Positions 1 to 12,949 of a DNA stretch of 64,000 nt are shown here, in pieces. The stretch is from positions 248,001-312,000 of the forward strand of contig NW_027590119.1 of the NCBI RefSeq assembly GCF_964213995.1. The letters run 5' to 3'. The position numbers and the translations under genes are program-made. Within the stretch, counting starts at the first letter, position 1. Each line of letters opens with the position of its first letter. The notes under the pieces are model-generated. The model searched no databases and was not told the DNA's origin. It was given only the letters and a program-made list of their open reading frames with translations. The stretch is from Mustelus asterias. Lineage: Eukaryota.

Positions 1-84
1 GTGAAGAGAGACCGTACACGTGTTCTGTGTGGACAAGGATTCAACTGATCATCAAACCTGGAGAGCCACAAGGACACCCGCATC

Positions 85-1611
85 ATGGAGAAACTGTGGA
101 AATGTGACAATTGTGGACAAGGATTCATGTTGCCCTGTGATTTGGAAATTCATCAACGCAGTCACACTCGGGAGAGACCCTTCACTTGCTCAGTGTGTGG
201 GAAGGGATACATTAAGTTCTCCCACCTGCTGAGTCACAATCTCACTCACACCAATGAGAGACCCTTTAAATGCTCTGACTGTGGGAGCGGATTCAAAAGC
301 TCTGGAGAACTGGTGTCCCACCAGCGCATTCACAGTGAGGAGAGACTGTTCAGCTGCTCTCACTGCACAATGAAATTTAAATGGTCATCCACACTGCGGA
401 GACATCAGCGAGTTCACACCGGGGAGAGACCGTTCAGCTGCTCCATGTGTGGGAAGGGATTCTCTCGGTCCTCCGAACTGCGGGCACACCAACGAATTCA
501 CACTGGGGAGAGACCATTCACCTGCAATGTGTGTGGGAAGGGATTCTTTCGGTCATCCGCCCTGCTGACGCACAAAGTCACTCACACCAATGAGAGACCC
601 TTTAAATGCTCTGACTGTGAGAGTTGCTTCAAAAGTTCTCGGGATCTGATGTCCCACCAGCGCATTCACACTGAGGACAGACCGTTCAGCTGCTCTCACT
701 GCACAAAGAGATTTAGATCATCATCAAACCTGCGGAACCACCAGCGAGTTCACTCCGGGGAGAGACCATTCACTTGCTCTGACTGTGGGAAGGGATTCAC
801 GCAGTTATCCGCCCTGCTGACACACCAGCGAGTTCACACCGGAGAGAGGCCATTCACCTGCTCTGTGTGTGGGAAGGGATTCACTAATTTACCCAACCTG
901 CTGAGTCACAAAGTCACTCACACCAGTGAGAGGCCCTTTAAATGCTCGGACTGTGGGAGTGAATTCAAAATTTCTGGGGAACTGGTGTCCCACCAGCGCA
1001 TTCACACTGAGGACAGACCGTTCAGCTGCTCTCTCTGCACAAAGAGGTTTAAGAGGTCATCCACACTGCAGAGACACCAGCGAGTTCACACCAGGGAGAG
1101 ACCGTTCATCTGCTCTGTGTGTGGGAAGGGATTCAGTCAGTCATTCACCCTGCTGACACACCAGCGTCTTCACACCGAGGAGAGACCATTTACCTGCACC
1201 GAGTGTGGGAAGGGATTCACTCAGTCATCCACCCTGCTGACTCACCAGCAAGTTCACAGCGGGGAGAGACCATTCACCTGCACCGAGTGTGGGGACAGAT
1301 TCACTCGGTTATCCACCCTGCAGAGACACAAAGTCACTCACTCCCAGGAAAGACCCTTTAAATGCTCTGACTGTGGGAGTGGCTTCAAAATTGCTCAGCA
1401 TCTGATGGACCACCAGCGCATTCACACTGGGGAGAGACCGTTCAGCTGCTCTCACTGCACAAAGAGGTTTGGAAGGGCATGCACACTGAGGAGACACCAG
1501 CGGGTTCACACTGGGAGAGACCATTCACCTGCTCTGTGTGTGCGGAAGGATTCACTCGATACCCCAGCTGCTGATGCACAATGTCCCTCACACCCAGGAG
1601 AGACCCTTTAA
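85..1611 (+). CDS. Tandem C2H2 zinc-finger protein (17 fingers; 3' end frameshifted, relic fingers to ~1745); 5' part of exon lies outside the window
   Basis: CxxC-x12-HxxxH units with TGERPF linkers; frame slips at ~1513 ([10 protein letters not shown]) and degenerate fingers continue in other frames. Confidence 0.88.
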   Translation: MEKLWKCDNCGQGFMLPCDLEIHQRSHTRERPFTCSVCGKGYIKFSHLLSHNLTHTNERPFKCSDCGSGFKSSGELVSHQRIHSEERLFSCSHCTMKFKWSSTLRRHQRVHTGERPFSCSMCGKGFSRSSELRAHQRIHTGERPFTCNVCGKGFFRSSALLTHKVTHTNERPFKCSDCESCFKSSRDLMSHQRIHTEDRPFSCSHCTKRFRSSSNLRNHQRVHSGERPFTCSDCGKGFTQLSALLTHQRVHTGERPFTCSVCGKGFTNLPNLLSHKVTHTSERPFKCSDCGSEFKISGELVSHQRIHTEDRPFSCSLCTKRFKRSSTLQRHQRVHTRERPFICSVCGKGFSQSFTLLTHQRLHTEERPFTCTECGKGFTQSSTLLTHQQVHSGERPFTCTECGDRFTRLSTLQRHKVTHSQERPFKCSDCGSGFKIAQHLMDHQRIHTGERPFSCSHCTKRFGRACTLRRHQRVHTGRDHSPALCVRKDSLDTPAADAQCPSHPGETL

Positions 1612-2029
1612 CTGCTCTGACTGTGGGAATGGTTTCAAAAGCTCTCAGGAACTGATGATCCACCAGTCCATTCACAGCTGCTGTGTGTGGGAAGAAATTC
1701 ACCAGTTCATCCCTCCTGCTGAGACACCAACGAGTTCACAAGTGATGACAGGAGTTGGATTCTGCTGTTATTGCTGCTGTTAATCACATCCAGGACTGAA
1801 CCATGTTCATTCTGACAGTTGGTGAAATGGAGGGTCGGAGGGTTTCTTTCTGCTGGACTGGCCGGTCTCACGACTTTGCTTCCAGTGGGTTGATGCTCTT
1901 TGAGCCTGGGAGAGCACATTTCCACTGAAATGACCCACACAAACTGACGAAGAACATTTATTTTATCCTGGAGAGTAAATAATGTTTTTCCTAACGCTGC
2001 AGGTAGATCTACAGTATGTACATTTGTCT

Positions 2030-2910
2030 CTGTTCCATTGAGTCTACAGCACAGGGCCGGGCCAGTCGGCTCAATTGGTCTGTGTCAGTATTTATGCTCC
2101 ACATGAGCCTCCACCCACCCCTCTTCATCTCCCCCCATCAGCATATCCTTCTATTCCTCTCTCCCTCATGTATGTATCGAGCTTCCCCTTCAATGTATTC
2201 ATGCTGTTCACCTCAACCACTCGCTGTGGTGGTGAGTTCCACATTCTCACCACTCGCTGGGTAAAGAGGTTTCTCACTGAAATCCCTATTGGATTATTGA
2301 ACCCCTTCATAATCTTAAAGACTTCCATCAGGTCACCCTTCAGTCTTCTCTTTTCTAGAGAAAAGCAGCCCCAGCCTTTCCTGAGGGTTAAATGCTCTCA
2401 GTTCTGCGATTATTCTTGTGAATCTTTGTTGCCGCTTCTCCAGTGCCTCTATTTCCTTTTTCTAAATGGAGATCACAAATGTTGACAGTGCTCCCAGTGT
2501 AGCCGAACCCTGATTCTAAACAAGTTGAACAGAACCTGTTCAATTCTATTCCTCGAGAATGGAACCCTGTATATGGGCCCTACACTTTAGGAAAGATGTG
2601 AAGTCCTTAGAGAGGGTGCAGAGGAGATTTACGAGAATGACTCCAGGGATGAGGGACTTCAGTGAGTTCGAGAGACTGGAACAGCTGAAATTTCTCTCTT
2701 TAGATCAGACAGGCATTAGGATTGGGAATGGGGCCAATCAGCCCATTGAGTCCATGCTGGCTCTCTTTAGATCAAACTGTTGCCCTGTTCTCTCTCCGTG
2801 TCCCTGCGGATTTATTTCCCTGAAGTTCCCATCCAATTTCCTTTTGGAAACATTCCATTATCTCTGCTTCAGCCGCTCGTGGGAAGTAGTCCCAGATATT
2901 TACCACTTCA
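2030..2910. mobile_element. Old CR1 LINE 3' fragments in both orientations
   Basis: EVFKIMKG..LFTQRVVRMWNS (minus) and LERVQRRFTRM (plus) CR1 ORF2 C-terminal motifs. Confidence 0.7.
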
Positions 2911-3399
2911 AATGCAAATGAGGAGCAGAGAGCACAAAAGGAGGCCGTGTGACCCATTGTGCCCCTGCTGCCTCTTCAAACATTCTCAGCAACAAGGTCA
3001 AGGAAGCCATGTTAAATTCTAACATGTGACTGGAGCTTTATTTTTAAAATTAATGTTGGATTCACCTACATGCTTGTGGAAGCTGAATAGCCAGCAGGAA
3101 TTGTCTGAACTAAGAATTTCTTCTATGAATTTGATCAGTTGGAGGACATTATATTCTGTCACATCTGGCTCAAGAATAAGGTTGATTGCTCAGTTCGTGT
3201 AAGAAGGAAAGTTATTGGCTTGCAGCAAGTGTCTTTTCGAACCAGTATATCTTGTATTAACCTTATTCAGTTGTGGGACATGGGCGTCGCTGGCTGGCCA
3301 ACATTTATTGCCCATCCCTAGATGCCCTTGTTCAGAGGGCAGTTGAGAGTCAACCACATTGTACGAACCAAATGTGTTCATTAAATATTACTTTATTTA

Positions 3400-5517
3400 G
3401 AACAAAGAAAGTTACAGCACAGGGACAGGCCCTTTGGCCCTCCAAGCCTGCACCGACCGCACTGCCGGATGAAATTAAAACCCCCTACCCTTCCAGGGAC
3501 CATATGCCTCTATTCCCATCCTCTTCATGTATTTGTCAAGACGCCCCTTAAAAGTCACTACTGTATCCGCTTCCACTACCTCTCCCGGCAACGAGTCCCA
3601 GGCACCCACTACTCTCTGTAAAAAATCTGCCTCATACATCTCCTTTAAACGTTGCCCTTCGCACCTTAAACCTGTTCCCCCAAGTAATTGACTCTTCCAC
3701 CCTGGGAAAAGGCTTCTGACTATCCACTCTGTCCATGTCCCTCATAATCTTGTAGACTTCTATCAGGTCGCCGCTCAACCTCCGTTGTTCCAGTGAGAAC
3801 AAACAAAGTTTCTCCAACCTCTCCTCATAGCTAATGCCCTCCATACCAGGCAACATCCTGGTAAATCTTTTCTGTACCCTCTCCAAAGCCTCCACATCCT
3901 TCTGATAGTGTGGCGACCAGAATTGAACACTCGATTCCAAGTGTGGCCTAACTAAGCTTCTATAACGCTGCAACATGACTTGCCAATTATTAAACTCAAT
4001 GCCCCGGCCGATGAAGGCAAGCATGCCGTATGCCTTCTTGACTCCTTCTCCACCTGCATTGCAACTTTCAGTGACCTGTGTACTTGTACACCCAGATCCC
4101 TTTGTCTATCAATACTCTTAAGCATTCTGCCATTTACTGTATATTTCCTATCTGTATTAGACCGTCCAAAATGCATTACCTCACATTTGTCCGGATTAAA
4201 CTCCATCTGCCATTTCTCCACCCAAGTCTCCAACTGATCTATATCCTGCTGTATCCTCTGATGGTCCTCATCGCTATCCCCAAATCCACCAACCTTTGTG
4301 TCGTCTGCAAACTTACTAATCAAACCAGTTACATTTTCCTCCAAATCATTTATATGTATTATAAACAGCAAAGGTCCCAGCACTGATCCCTGAGGAATGC
4401 CACTTGTCACAGCCCTCCATTCAGAAACGCACCACCCTCTGTCTTCTTTGACCGAGTCAGTTTTGTATCCACCTTGCCAGCTCAACTCTGATCCCATGCG
4501 ACTTCTTCTGCACCAGTCTACCATGAGGGACCTTGTCAAAGGCCTGACTGAAGTCCATGTAGACAACATCCACTGCCCTACCCTCATCAATCATCTTCGT
4601 CACTTCCCCAAAAACTCGACCAAGTTTGTGAGACACGACCTCCCCTTCACAAAACCATGTTGCCTTTCACGAATACATCCACTTATTTCCAAGTGGGAAT
4701 AAATCCTGTCTCGAAGAATCCTCTCCAATAATTTCCCTATTACTGATGTATGGCTCACCGGCCTGTAATTACCTGGATTATTCTTGCTACCCTTCTTAAA
4801 CAAAGAAACAACATTGGCTATTCTCCAATCCTCTGGGACCTCCCCTGTCGCCAGTAAGGATAGAAAGATTTCTCTCAAGACCCCAGCAATTTCTTCACTT
4901 GCCTCTCTCAGTATTCTGGGGTATATCCCATCAGGCCCTGGGGACTTGTCTACCTTAATGTTTCTCAAGAACCCCAATACCTCCTCCTTTTTGATCTCAA
5001 CATGACTCAAACTATCTACACATCCTTTCCCAGACTCATCATCCACCAAGTCCTTCTCTTTGGTGAATACTGACGCAAAGTACTCATTTATTACCTCACT
5101 CATTTCCTCTGGCTCCGCGCATAGATTCCCTCCCTTGTCCTTGAGTGGGCCAACCCTCACCCTGGCTACCCTCTTGCTCTTTATATATGTATAAAAAGCC
5201 TTGGGATTTTCCTTAATCCTGCTGGCCAATGCTTTTTCGTGACCCCTTTTAGCCCTCCTTACTCCTTGCTGAAGTTTCTTTCTACTTTCCTTGTATTCCA
5301 CACTTGCTTTGTGTGTTCCCAGCCTCCTAGCTTTGACAAATGTTTCGTTTTTCTCTTTGACGAGGCTCACAATATCTCTCGTTATCCAAGGTTCCCAAAA
5401 CTTGCCATACTTATCCTTCATCCTTACAGGAATGTGCCAGTCCTGAATCCCTATCAGCTTACACTTGAAAGCCTCCCACATGCCAGATGTTGATTTGCCC
5501 TCAAACATCTGCCCCAT
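3400..5517 (-). mobile_element. 5'-truncated CR1 LINE (RT domain, frameshifted)
   Basis: [34 protein letters not shown] motifs spread over three ORFs; CR1 3' end near 3400. Confidence 0.95.
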
Positions 5518-5518
5518 C

Positions 5519-6201
5519 TGGTAGCTATTTATTAGCTACCAGTCATTAACAGATGAGAAAGTCATGAGCCTTAATTGAGTTATAGTTAATCAATGAATAA
5601 TGAATCAGTAGTTCTAATAAAAGATTGAGTTTTATTTGCTGTAAAAGCTGAATTGCTGTGTATGTAAAGAATGTGCAATGAGGATAAATGTCCTGGCGAG
5701 AGAGACCTTCAAGCTCTGATTAGCCTCAACATTTGAAACTGTGTGAATAAGGGATTGTACAGAATCAGATAAAGGGATAGTATGAACCAGTTCTATTGTA
5801 TTCCTGTCTAAGATAATGAGAGAAGGTGGTGTCAGTAATTGAGGATCCAGTTAAATTAATCTTGTGATCAAATTGGCCAATTGTCATGATACAACAGGCC
5901 CAACTCTGACGTGAGGTAATGGTCACTTTGTGGATAAAAGTAGAGGTTCTGAAGGTCTTCCTTGCGAGCCAAATACTGAAAACTCCCGAGGCTGAGTTCC
6001 AAGGAAATTACTGTCAGAGAAGGAGCCAGACTCCCGAGTTCCACAATAATTCCTGTGAAAGGAGCCAGAGAGGGTTACGCTTCTATGGACCAATCACCCA
6101 CACAAAGTTGTAAAAGTCAATATCTTAAAGTTGTTCAGTAAAACTTTTTCATTCAATAAACTTCTTTTAAAATTTACTATCCAGAGAATTCTGCCTTTAC
6201 C
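5519..6201 (+). mobile_element. Possible solo LTR
   Basis: Begins TG and ends CA, TATA-like GATAAAA ~5934, AATAAA ~6155; no TSD or internal sequence confirmed. Confidence 0.2.
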
Positions 6202-7203
6202 ACAAAGAGGGCAGGGAACAGGCTACAGATGAATTAAAGAGAAACCATTTGGGTCTAGAACGTTGTGAACATCCTTTTACTCTGGTTGTCTTTGATCCTC
6301 AAGTCATTTTCTGTTTGTTTTTAACCAAGTTCTGTTTCATTAATAAACTTTCATCAGTAAAGGTGTTTGATTGTTCTGGACTTTTCCTGCTGAGATTGAT
6401 GCACTTTCGGGAAAGTGGGTGAGAGGGGTTGGCAGGCTCTTTAACAGAAAGTGAGTCCCTCTAAGGTAATTGGCAAAGGGGCCAGAGGGGGAGATGAGAT
6501 TTTATTTTATTTTTTGACACAGTGAGTTGTTCTGATCTGCCTGAAAGCAGATTCAATAGAATCTTTCCAAAGGGTAAAGACTTGAAAGGGAAGAATTTGC
6601 AGGGCTGTGGGGACAGATCAGAGTGGTAGGATGAATCAGACAGTCCTTTCAAAGAGATAGCAGGGGCACGATGGGCTGAATGGACTCCTCCTGCAGCCTG
6701 TCAATCTCAGCCTCCTGCTTTTGTGCAGGTTAGAAGGGACAGATTTCAGTGCAGCCTCTTCCCTGTATCTGTATTTAAAGAGACAGGTTTCTCTTTAGCT
6801 CTGAGAGACAGATATAACAATTGGTTGGAGGCCCATTTCCCAGTCAGTCCTCCAGCATCTTCCTGTCTCTCTATTAGTGCGACGCCCAGGGCAGTTTCCC
6901 AACTGGGGCGTAGGCCCCATTATTCTCAGCTAAATTCAGCCCTCAGCTCCGTCACCTGGCTGTCATTGACACTAGCAACAGAGAGACAGAAAGGTGTCCC
7001 AGGCTCAAATGGGAAATCAAAACTCGGGGCTTTAAATGAACTGTTAGGATCTCTGTAACGATCAACAATTTAAAAAAAAGAATTCTAAGCCCAGTGAGTA
7101 AATTAAAGAATCACACAACAAAACTTCAAGTTTCTGGCGTTTATTCCAACAAACTGGAAGCAACAATGACTAAACACTTTTTTATAGGGAACATTGCTCT
7201 TAA

Positions 7204-8173
7204 ATGTTTGTAATATTTATTAATGATCTGGATGAGGGTATAGTTGGGTGGATTAGCAAATTTGCTGATGACACCAAAGTCGGTGGTGTGGTAGACAGTG
7301 AGGAAGGGTGTCGTAGTTTGCAGGAAGACTTAGACAGGTTGCAAAGTTGGGCCGAGAGGTGGCGGATGGAGTTTAATGCGGAGAAGTGTGAGGTAATTCA
7401 CTTTGGTAGGAATAACAGATGTGTTGAGTATAGGGCTAACGGGAGGACTTTGAATAGTGTGGAGGAGCAGAGGGATCTAGGTGTATGTGTGCATAGATCC
7501 CTGAAAGTTGGGAATCAAGTAGATAAGGTTGTTAAGAAGGCATATGGTGTCTTGGCGTTTATTGGTAGGGGGATTGAATTTAGGAGTCGTAGCGTTATGT
7601 TGCAACTGTACACAACTCTGGTGCGGCCGCACTTGGAGTACTGTGTGCAGTTCTGGTCCCCACATTACAGGAAGGATGTGGAGGCTTTGGAGAGGGTGCA
7701 GAGGAGGTTTACCAGGATGTTGCCTGGTATGGAGGGGAGATCCTATGAGGAGAGGCTGAGGGATTTGGGATTGTTTTCGCTGGAAAGGCGGCGGCTAAGA
7801 GGGGATCTTATTGAAACATATAAGATGATTAGAGGTTTAGATAGGGTGGATAGTGATAGCCTTTTTCCTCTGATGGAGAAATCCAGCACGAGGGGGCATG
7901 GCTTTAAATTGAGGGGGGGTAGTTATAGAACCGATGTCAGGGGTAGGTTCTTTACCCAGAGGGTGGTGAGGGATTGGAATGCCCTGCCAGCATCAGTAGT
8001 AAATGCGCCTAGTTTGGGGGCGTTTAAGAGATCCGTAGATAGGTTCATGGACGAAAAGAAATTGGTTTAGGTTGGAGGGTCACAGTTTTTTTTTTTTAAC
8101 TGGTCGGTGCAACATCGTGGGCCGAAGGGCCTGTTCTGCGCTGTAATGTTCTATGTTCTATGTTCTATGTTCT
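7204..8173 (+). mobile_element. Young 5'-truncated CR1 LINE (open ORF2 C-terminus)
   Basis: Uninterrupted 288-aa FADDTK...FFTQRVV ORF, GGGCCGAAGGGCC 3' stem-loop, (TTCTATG)n tail. Confidence 0.95.
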
Positions 8174-8609
8174 AAACTTAAAATTAAACTTTGCCCTTTT
8201 ACTCTTAACACCATTAAATATCCCACTCAACCGTTATATTTTATTCTGCCTTGGAATGTTGACACTCTTTCTCCAAAAACCAGTCCAAAGTGATTCTTTA
8301 CTCCTCAAGGGTTTATTTCCATTGTTTTCCTTTTCCAGTCTGGCAACCTTTAATCCCAGAACTGTCCTTCACAGTGATGGTTCTCCTGGACATTTTCCCA
8401 CTAACACAAGCAAGGCGAATCTTCCAGCCTTGTTTCACAATCCTCAGGAATCTGTGACCAACATTCGACATCGGAGCAGATGTAGGTCATTTGGCCCTTT
8501 GAGTCTGCTCCACCATTTATTTAGGTCATGGCTGATCTGTTTGTGTGGAGTTCCACATTCTCGTTCTACACCCGATATTTTTGATGCCCTTATCCAACAA
8601 GAATTGGGA

Positions 8610-8775
8610 TAAAGGCAAAATTCTGCTGTTGTTGGAATGTGAAACAGAAACAGAAAATGCTGGACAATCTCAGCAAGTCTGACAGCATCTGCAGAGAGAG
8701 AATAGAGACAACATTTTGAGTCAGGATGACCCTTTGTCAGAGCTGAAGACAAGGAAAATCGGACATAATTTATAC
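8610..8775 (-). mobile_element. Penelope-like terminal-repeat fragment (family B) with decayed hammerhead
   Basis: Homologous to 10225-10398, 28750-28790, 42560-42735, 61520-61665; minus strand CTGACAA-GGGTC..GACTC-AAAATGTT is a mutated hammerhead core. Confidence 0.6.
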
Positions 8776-8924
8776 TGTGAGGGTCAAGAATTGGGAAGCA
8801 ATCTATTAAACCTCCTCTGAACCACTTTCAATGCATTTGTATCATTTCTTAAATAGGAGACAAAGCTGCACCCAGTATTCAAGATGCAGTCTCCGTAATG
8901 CCCTGTATAACTGAAGCATAGTAA

Positions 8925-9353
8925 GAAGTTAAATGGGATTATATTCATTGGAGTTTAGGAGGTTGAGGGGAGATCTGATAGAGACTTACAAGATAATGAA
9001 CGGCTTAGATAGGATGGACGTAGGGAAGTTGTTTCCATTAGCAGGGGAGACTAGGACGCGGGGGCACAGCCTTAGAATAAAAGGGAGTCACTTTAGAACA
9101 GAGATGAGGAGAAATTTCTTCAGCCAGAGAGTGGTAGGTCTGTGGAATTCATTGCCACAGAGGGCTGTGGAGGCCGAGACGTTGAGCGTCTTCAAGACAG
9201 AAATGGATAAATTCTTGATTTCTCGAGGAATTAAGGGCTATGGGGAGAGAGCGGGTAAATGGAGTTGAAATCAACCATGATTGAATGGTGGAGTGGACTC
9301 GATGGGCCGAATGGCCTTACTTCCGCTCCTATGTCTTATGGTCTTATGGTCTT
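8925..9353 (+). mobile_element. CR1 LINE 3' fragment
   Basis: GLYSLEFRRLRGDLIE...FFSQRVV ORF; (TCTTATGG)n tail. Confidence 0.9.
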
Positions 9354-9476
9354 AAACAACACAGGTTAAAGTCCAACAGGTTTATCTGGTAGCAAATAAA
9401 CCTGTTGGACTTTAACCTGGTGTTGTTAAACTTCTTACTGTGTTTACCCCAGTCCAACGTCGGCATCTCCATATCA
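9354..9476. mobile_element. Palindromic Penelope-derived mini-element (family A)
   Basis: CAGGTTAAAGTCCAACAGGTTTAT / ATAAACCTGTTGGACTTTAACCTG inverted repeat; same family as 14755, 27055, 47435-47950. Confidence 0.7.
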
Positions 9477-10224
9477 TAACTAAAGCAGAACATCTTTACT
9501 CCTGTGTTCAATTTCTCTCATAATAAAGGATAACATTCCATTTGTAAGAACTTTGATTTATTTGAACTAAGATTTATGGGGGTTCTCTTGTTTACAATAA
9601 CCTCCCTCATCGTAAATCACACCAGGTTCCAGTGTCTTAACCATGTGGCAAGAAAGAATACTTTAAATCGTGAATTCAGAAAGTTTATTAATCATTAAAA
9701 ATGTAACAAGTCAGAAAGATAAAACAGAGTGTTGATTAACAGTGAATAGAGAAAGAATAGAAAAATGTTGAAAGCCCATCTTAGCCAATTCCCATAAATC
9801 TTCAATTATAAACTAAAATAGACATGAGTTTTCAGATGATTTGAAAAGAAATGAATTGTCTGCTGAAAGGGTTAACTTTTCTTCAGAACCTAAAGGGATG
9901 GGGAGTGAGCAGAAAAAAATTGGCACACAATAATACCACTTTACACAAGTAAAAAAATCAAAACAAACTCGATTGTAAACTTCAGCTCTTCATTTTTTTG
10001 TTATATTCCATAACCTAATTATTTTAATTTGATCAGTTTTTTTAGGGATGGATAACTTCTGTTCTTCATAAACTGCTTCACTCATTTTGTTGATTCTACA
10101 TGGGCTCGGAGAATCAGAACCCAGACTTTATCATCCTTATCCTTTTTCCCCTTTTGCCACCACTCCCTCTGTTTTGCAGGAAGGTCGTAGGGATTCCAAT
10201 CAGAACTAATCATTTTATCATAAA

Positions 10225-10398
10225 AGTTAAATACTGCGGATGCTGGAATCTGAAACAAAAACAGAAAATGCTGGAAAATCTCAGCAGGTCTGACAGTATC
10301 TGAGGAGACAGAATAGAGCCAATGTTTAAAGTATGGATGACACTTCATAAGAGCGGTTATGAAGTGTCTTCCAGACTCGAAACGTTGGCTGTATTCTC
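10225..10398. mobile_element. Penelope-derived inverted mini-element (family B)
   Basis: Terminal-repeat sequence followed by an inverted copy ending GACTCGAAACGTTGGCT; paralogous copy at 61520-61665. Confidence 0.6.
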
Positions 10399-11663
10399 TA
10401 ATAATTTTATCGATACGTTTCTTGTTCTTAGTTTCCAATTAGCAGGTAAGAGACCTGTCCAGTCCTCACTCGAGCTCTGATTTTTTCACTGGCCATGCTT
10501 GGGTCAGTTTATAACCATTAGAATCTACTCTCAGAGGTCTGCTTTTCAGTCCAGTGCTATTTGGAGTATACCATTACTTCACTGACTAACGGGTCACAAG
10601 TCCCTCAAAGTTCTTATCACAAATTTGGGATAAAATAATTTAAACAATGCCTGAGAATGCTTTTTAACTTCTTAACCAACTATCTCCCACTGTTTGTTGA
10701 TTGGTCAGACCTTCTCTTCACAGATTCGGGTATCTCAGCCACTGAACACCAGTCGGTCCTGGAATAAGTTTAATTCTAACTCATTCTGAGTAAATATTCT
10801 CACCAGGTCCTCTGTTGGGCACTAAGCAGCTTTAATGGTCCGTGATTGCAGAAACTGAGCAGTCACAGGAATGTGGTCAAGATAGTCCAGTCCCATAATG
10901 CCTCACATTCAATCTGCAGTCCTTCAATTATAACAGAATATGTGGCTGTATGTAGCTGCCTCGACCATGGTCAACCCCAACACTGCCTTCCTGAACTGTT
11001 ACAATGCCTGAGGTGTACGTACTCCCACAGTGCTGTTAGGGAGGGATTACCAGCTACATATTCCAGACTTTCACTGGACTGTAGATGGATACCAGATTGA
11101 CATATTCCATTCAACCACTCCCAAGGTGAGTTATTCCAATTCCTTTATTGTCCAGGACAATATATTCACAATATCATTAAAACAGGAATTAAACATTCCC
11201 ATTTGGTTTCAGGTTCTAACATATTCTGTTAGTCAATGTCAGGCTGGGGTTGTTTCCCTTGGAGCAAAGGAGGTTGAGGGGAGATTTGATAGAGGTGGAC
11301 AAGATTCTGACAGGTTTAGATAAGGTGGACAAAGAAAAGCTGTTCCCATTAGCTGAAGGGACAAGGACAAGGGGGACACAGATTTAAAGTTTCAGGTGAG
11401 AGATGTAGGGAGGGATGTGAGGAAGAAAATGTTGATGCAGCGAATGGTAATGACCTGGAACTCGCTGCCTATGAGGGTGGAGGAAGTGGAGACAATAAAC
11501 AATTACAAAGGAAATTGGATGGGCATCTGGGGGAGTTTCAAACAGAAATGCTGACTAAATATCTCTGAACTTCCTAACATCCTGTCACTCTGTGATCCTT
11601 GTGAAATTTGAAACCAGGTATTCACAACAAGACTCAAAGAGCATCAGCCCACTGGAGGGAAAG

Positions 11664-12704
11664 TCATGAGACCGGCCAGTCCAGCAGAAAGAAACCCTCT
11701 GACCCTCCCCATTGACCAACTGTGAGAATGAACAAAATGCAGTCCTGGATGTAACTGAGAGCAGAAACAATAACAGCAGAATCCAACCCCTGTGCACTTG
11801 TTGGTGCCTCAGCAGCCGTGATGAAATTCTGAACACTTTTTATACACTGAGCAGGTGGACAGTTTCTCCCCAGTGTAACTTCACTGATGTGGTTGGATAA
11901 CTGAGTGAATTCCTTCCCACACTCAGAGCAGGTGAATGGTCTCTCCCCAGTGTGAACTCGCTGGTGTCTCTGCAGGTGGGATGACTGAGTGAATCTCTTC
12001 CCGCACTGAGAGCAGGTGAACGGCCTCTCTCCAGTGTGAACTCGCTGGTGTTTCTGCTGGGTGGATAACTGACTGAAACCCTTCCCACACTGAGAGCAGG
12101 TAAATGGTCTCTCCCCAGTGTGAACTCGCTGGTGTCTCCGCAGGACGGATGACCGAGTGAATCCCTTCCCACACTGAGAGCAGGTGAATGGCCTCTCCCC
12201 AGTGTGAACTCGCTGGTGTGTCCGCAGGTCGGATGAACGAGTAAATCCCTTCCCACACTGAGAGCAGGTGAATGGCCTCTCCCCGGTGTGAATGTGCTGA
12301 TGTGTCCGCAGGTCGGATGACCGAGTGAATCTCTTCCCACAACGAGAGCAGATGAATGGCCTCTCCCCAGTGTGAACTCGCTGGTGTATCTGCAGGTTGG
12401 AAAACTGACTGAACCCCTTCCCACACCGAGAGCAGATAAACAGCCTCTCCCCAGTGTGAATTCGCTGGTGTCTCTGCAAAGTGGATAACACAGTGAATCC
12501 CTTTCCACACTGAGAGCAGGTGAACGGCCTCTCTCCGGTGTGAACTCGCTTGTGTGACTGCAAGCTGGGCAACAGAGCAAATCCCTCCCCACACTGAGAG
12601 CAGATGAATGGCCGCTCCCCAGTGTGGCTGCGCCGATGAGCATCCAGCAGAGAGGGGGCTCTGTATCTCTTTCCACAGTCTGCACATTTCCATGGTTTCT
12701 CCAT
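11664..12704 (-). CDS. Tandem C2H2 zinc-finger protein (9 complete fingers; deletion/frameshift in finger 10 runs into former 3' UTR)
   Basis: ATG MEKPWKC at 12704, CSQC...[11 protein letters not shown] repeats, frame break ~11890. Confidence 0.85.
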   Translation of the reverse strand: MEKPWKCADCGKRYRAPSLLDAHRRSHTGERPFICSQCGEGFALLPSLQSHKRVHTGERPFTCSQCGKGFTVLSTLQRHQRIHTGERLFICSRCGKGFSQFSNLQIHQRVHTGERPFICSRCGKRFTRSSDLRTHQHIHTGERPFTCSQCGKGFTRSSDLRTHQRVHTGERPFTCSQCGKGFTRSSVLRRHQRVHTGERPFTCSQCGKGFSQLSTQQKHQRVHTGERPFTCSQCGKRFTQSSHLQRHQRVHTGERPFTCSECGKEFTQLSNHISEVTLGRNCPPAQCIKSVQNFITAAEAPTSAQGLDSAVIVSALSYIQDCILFILTVGQWGGSEGFFLLDWPVS

Positions 12705-12949
12705 GGTGCAGGTGTCCTTGCCTCTCCCTTGGGTGGCCAATCAGTTGACGCCTTGTCCACACACAGAACGCGGGGACAGTCTCTCCCTGCTGTGAATGGT
12801 GATATTTATTCAGGCTGTGTAACTGGTGAAAGCTCTTTAGTCAGTGCTCTGGAACACTCTCACTCGGGTGTGGCAGGGTGTTGCTGCTTTTCCACTCACT
12901 GATGGCCGAAGTCTTTTCAAATCCAAGTGGAAGCTTTAATCTGAAGCTC

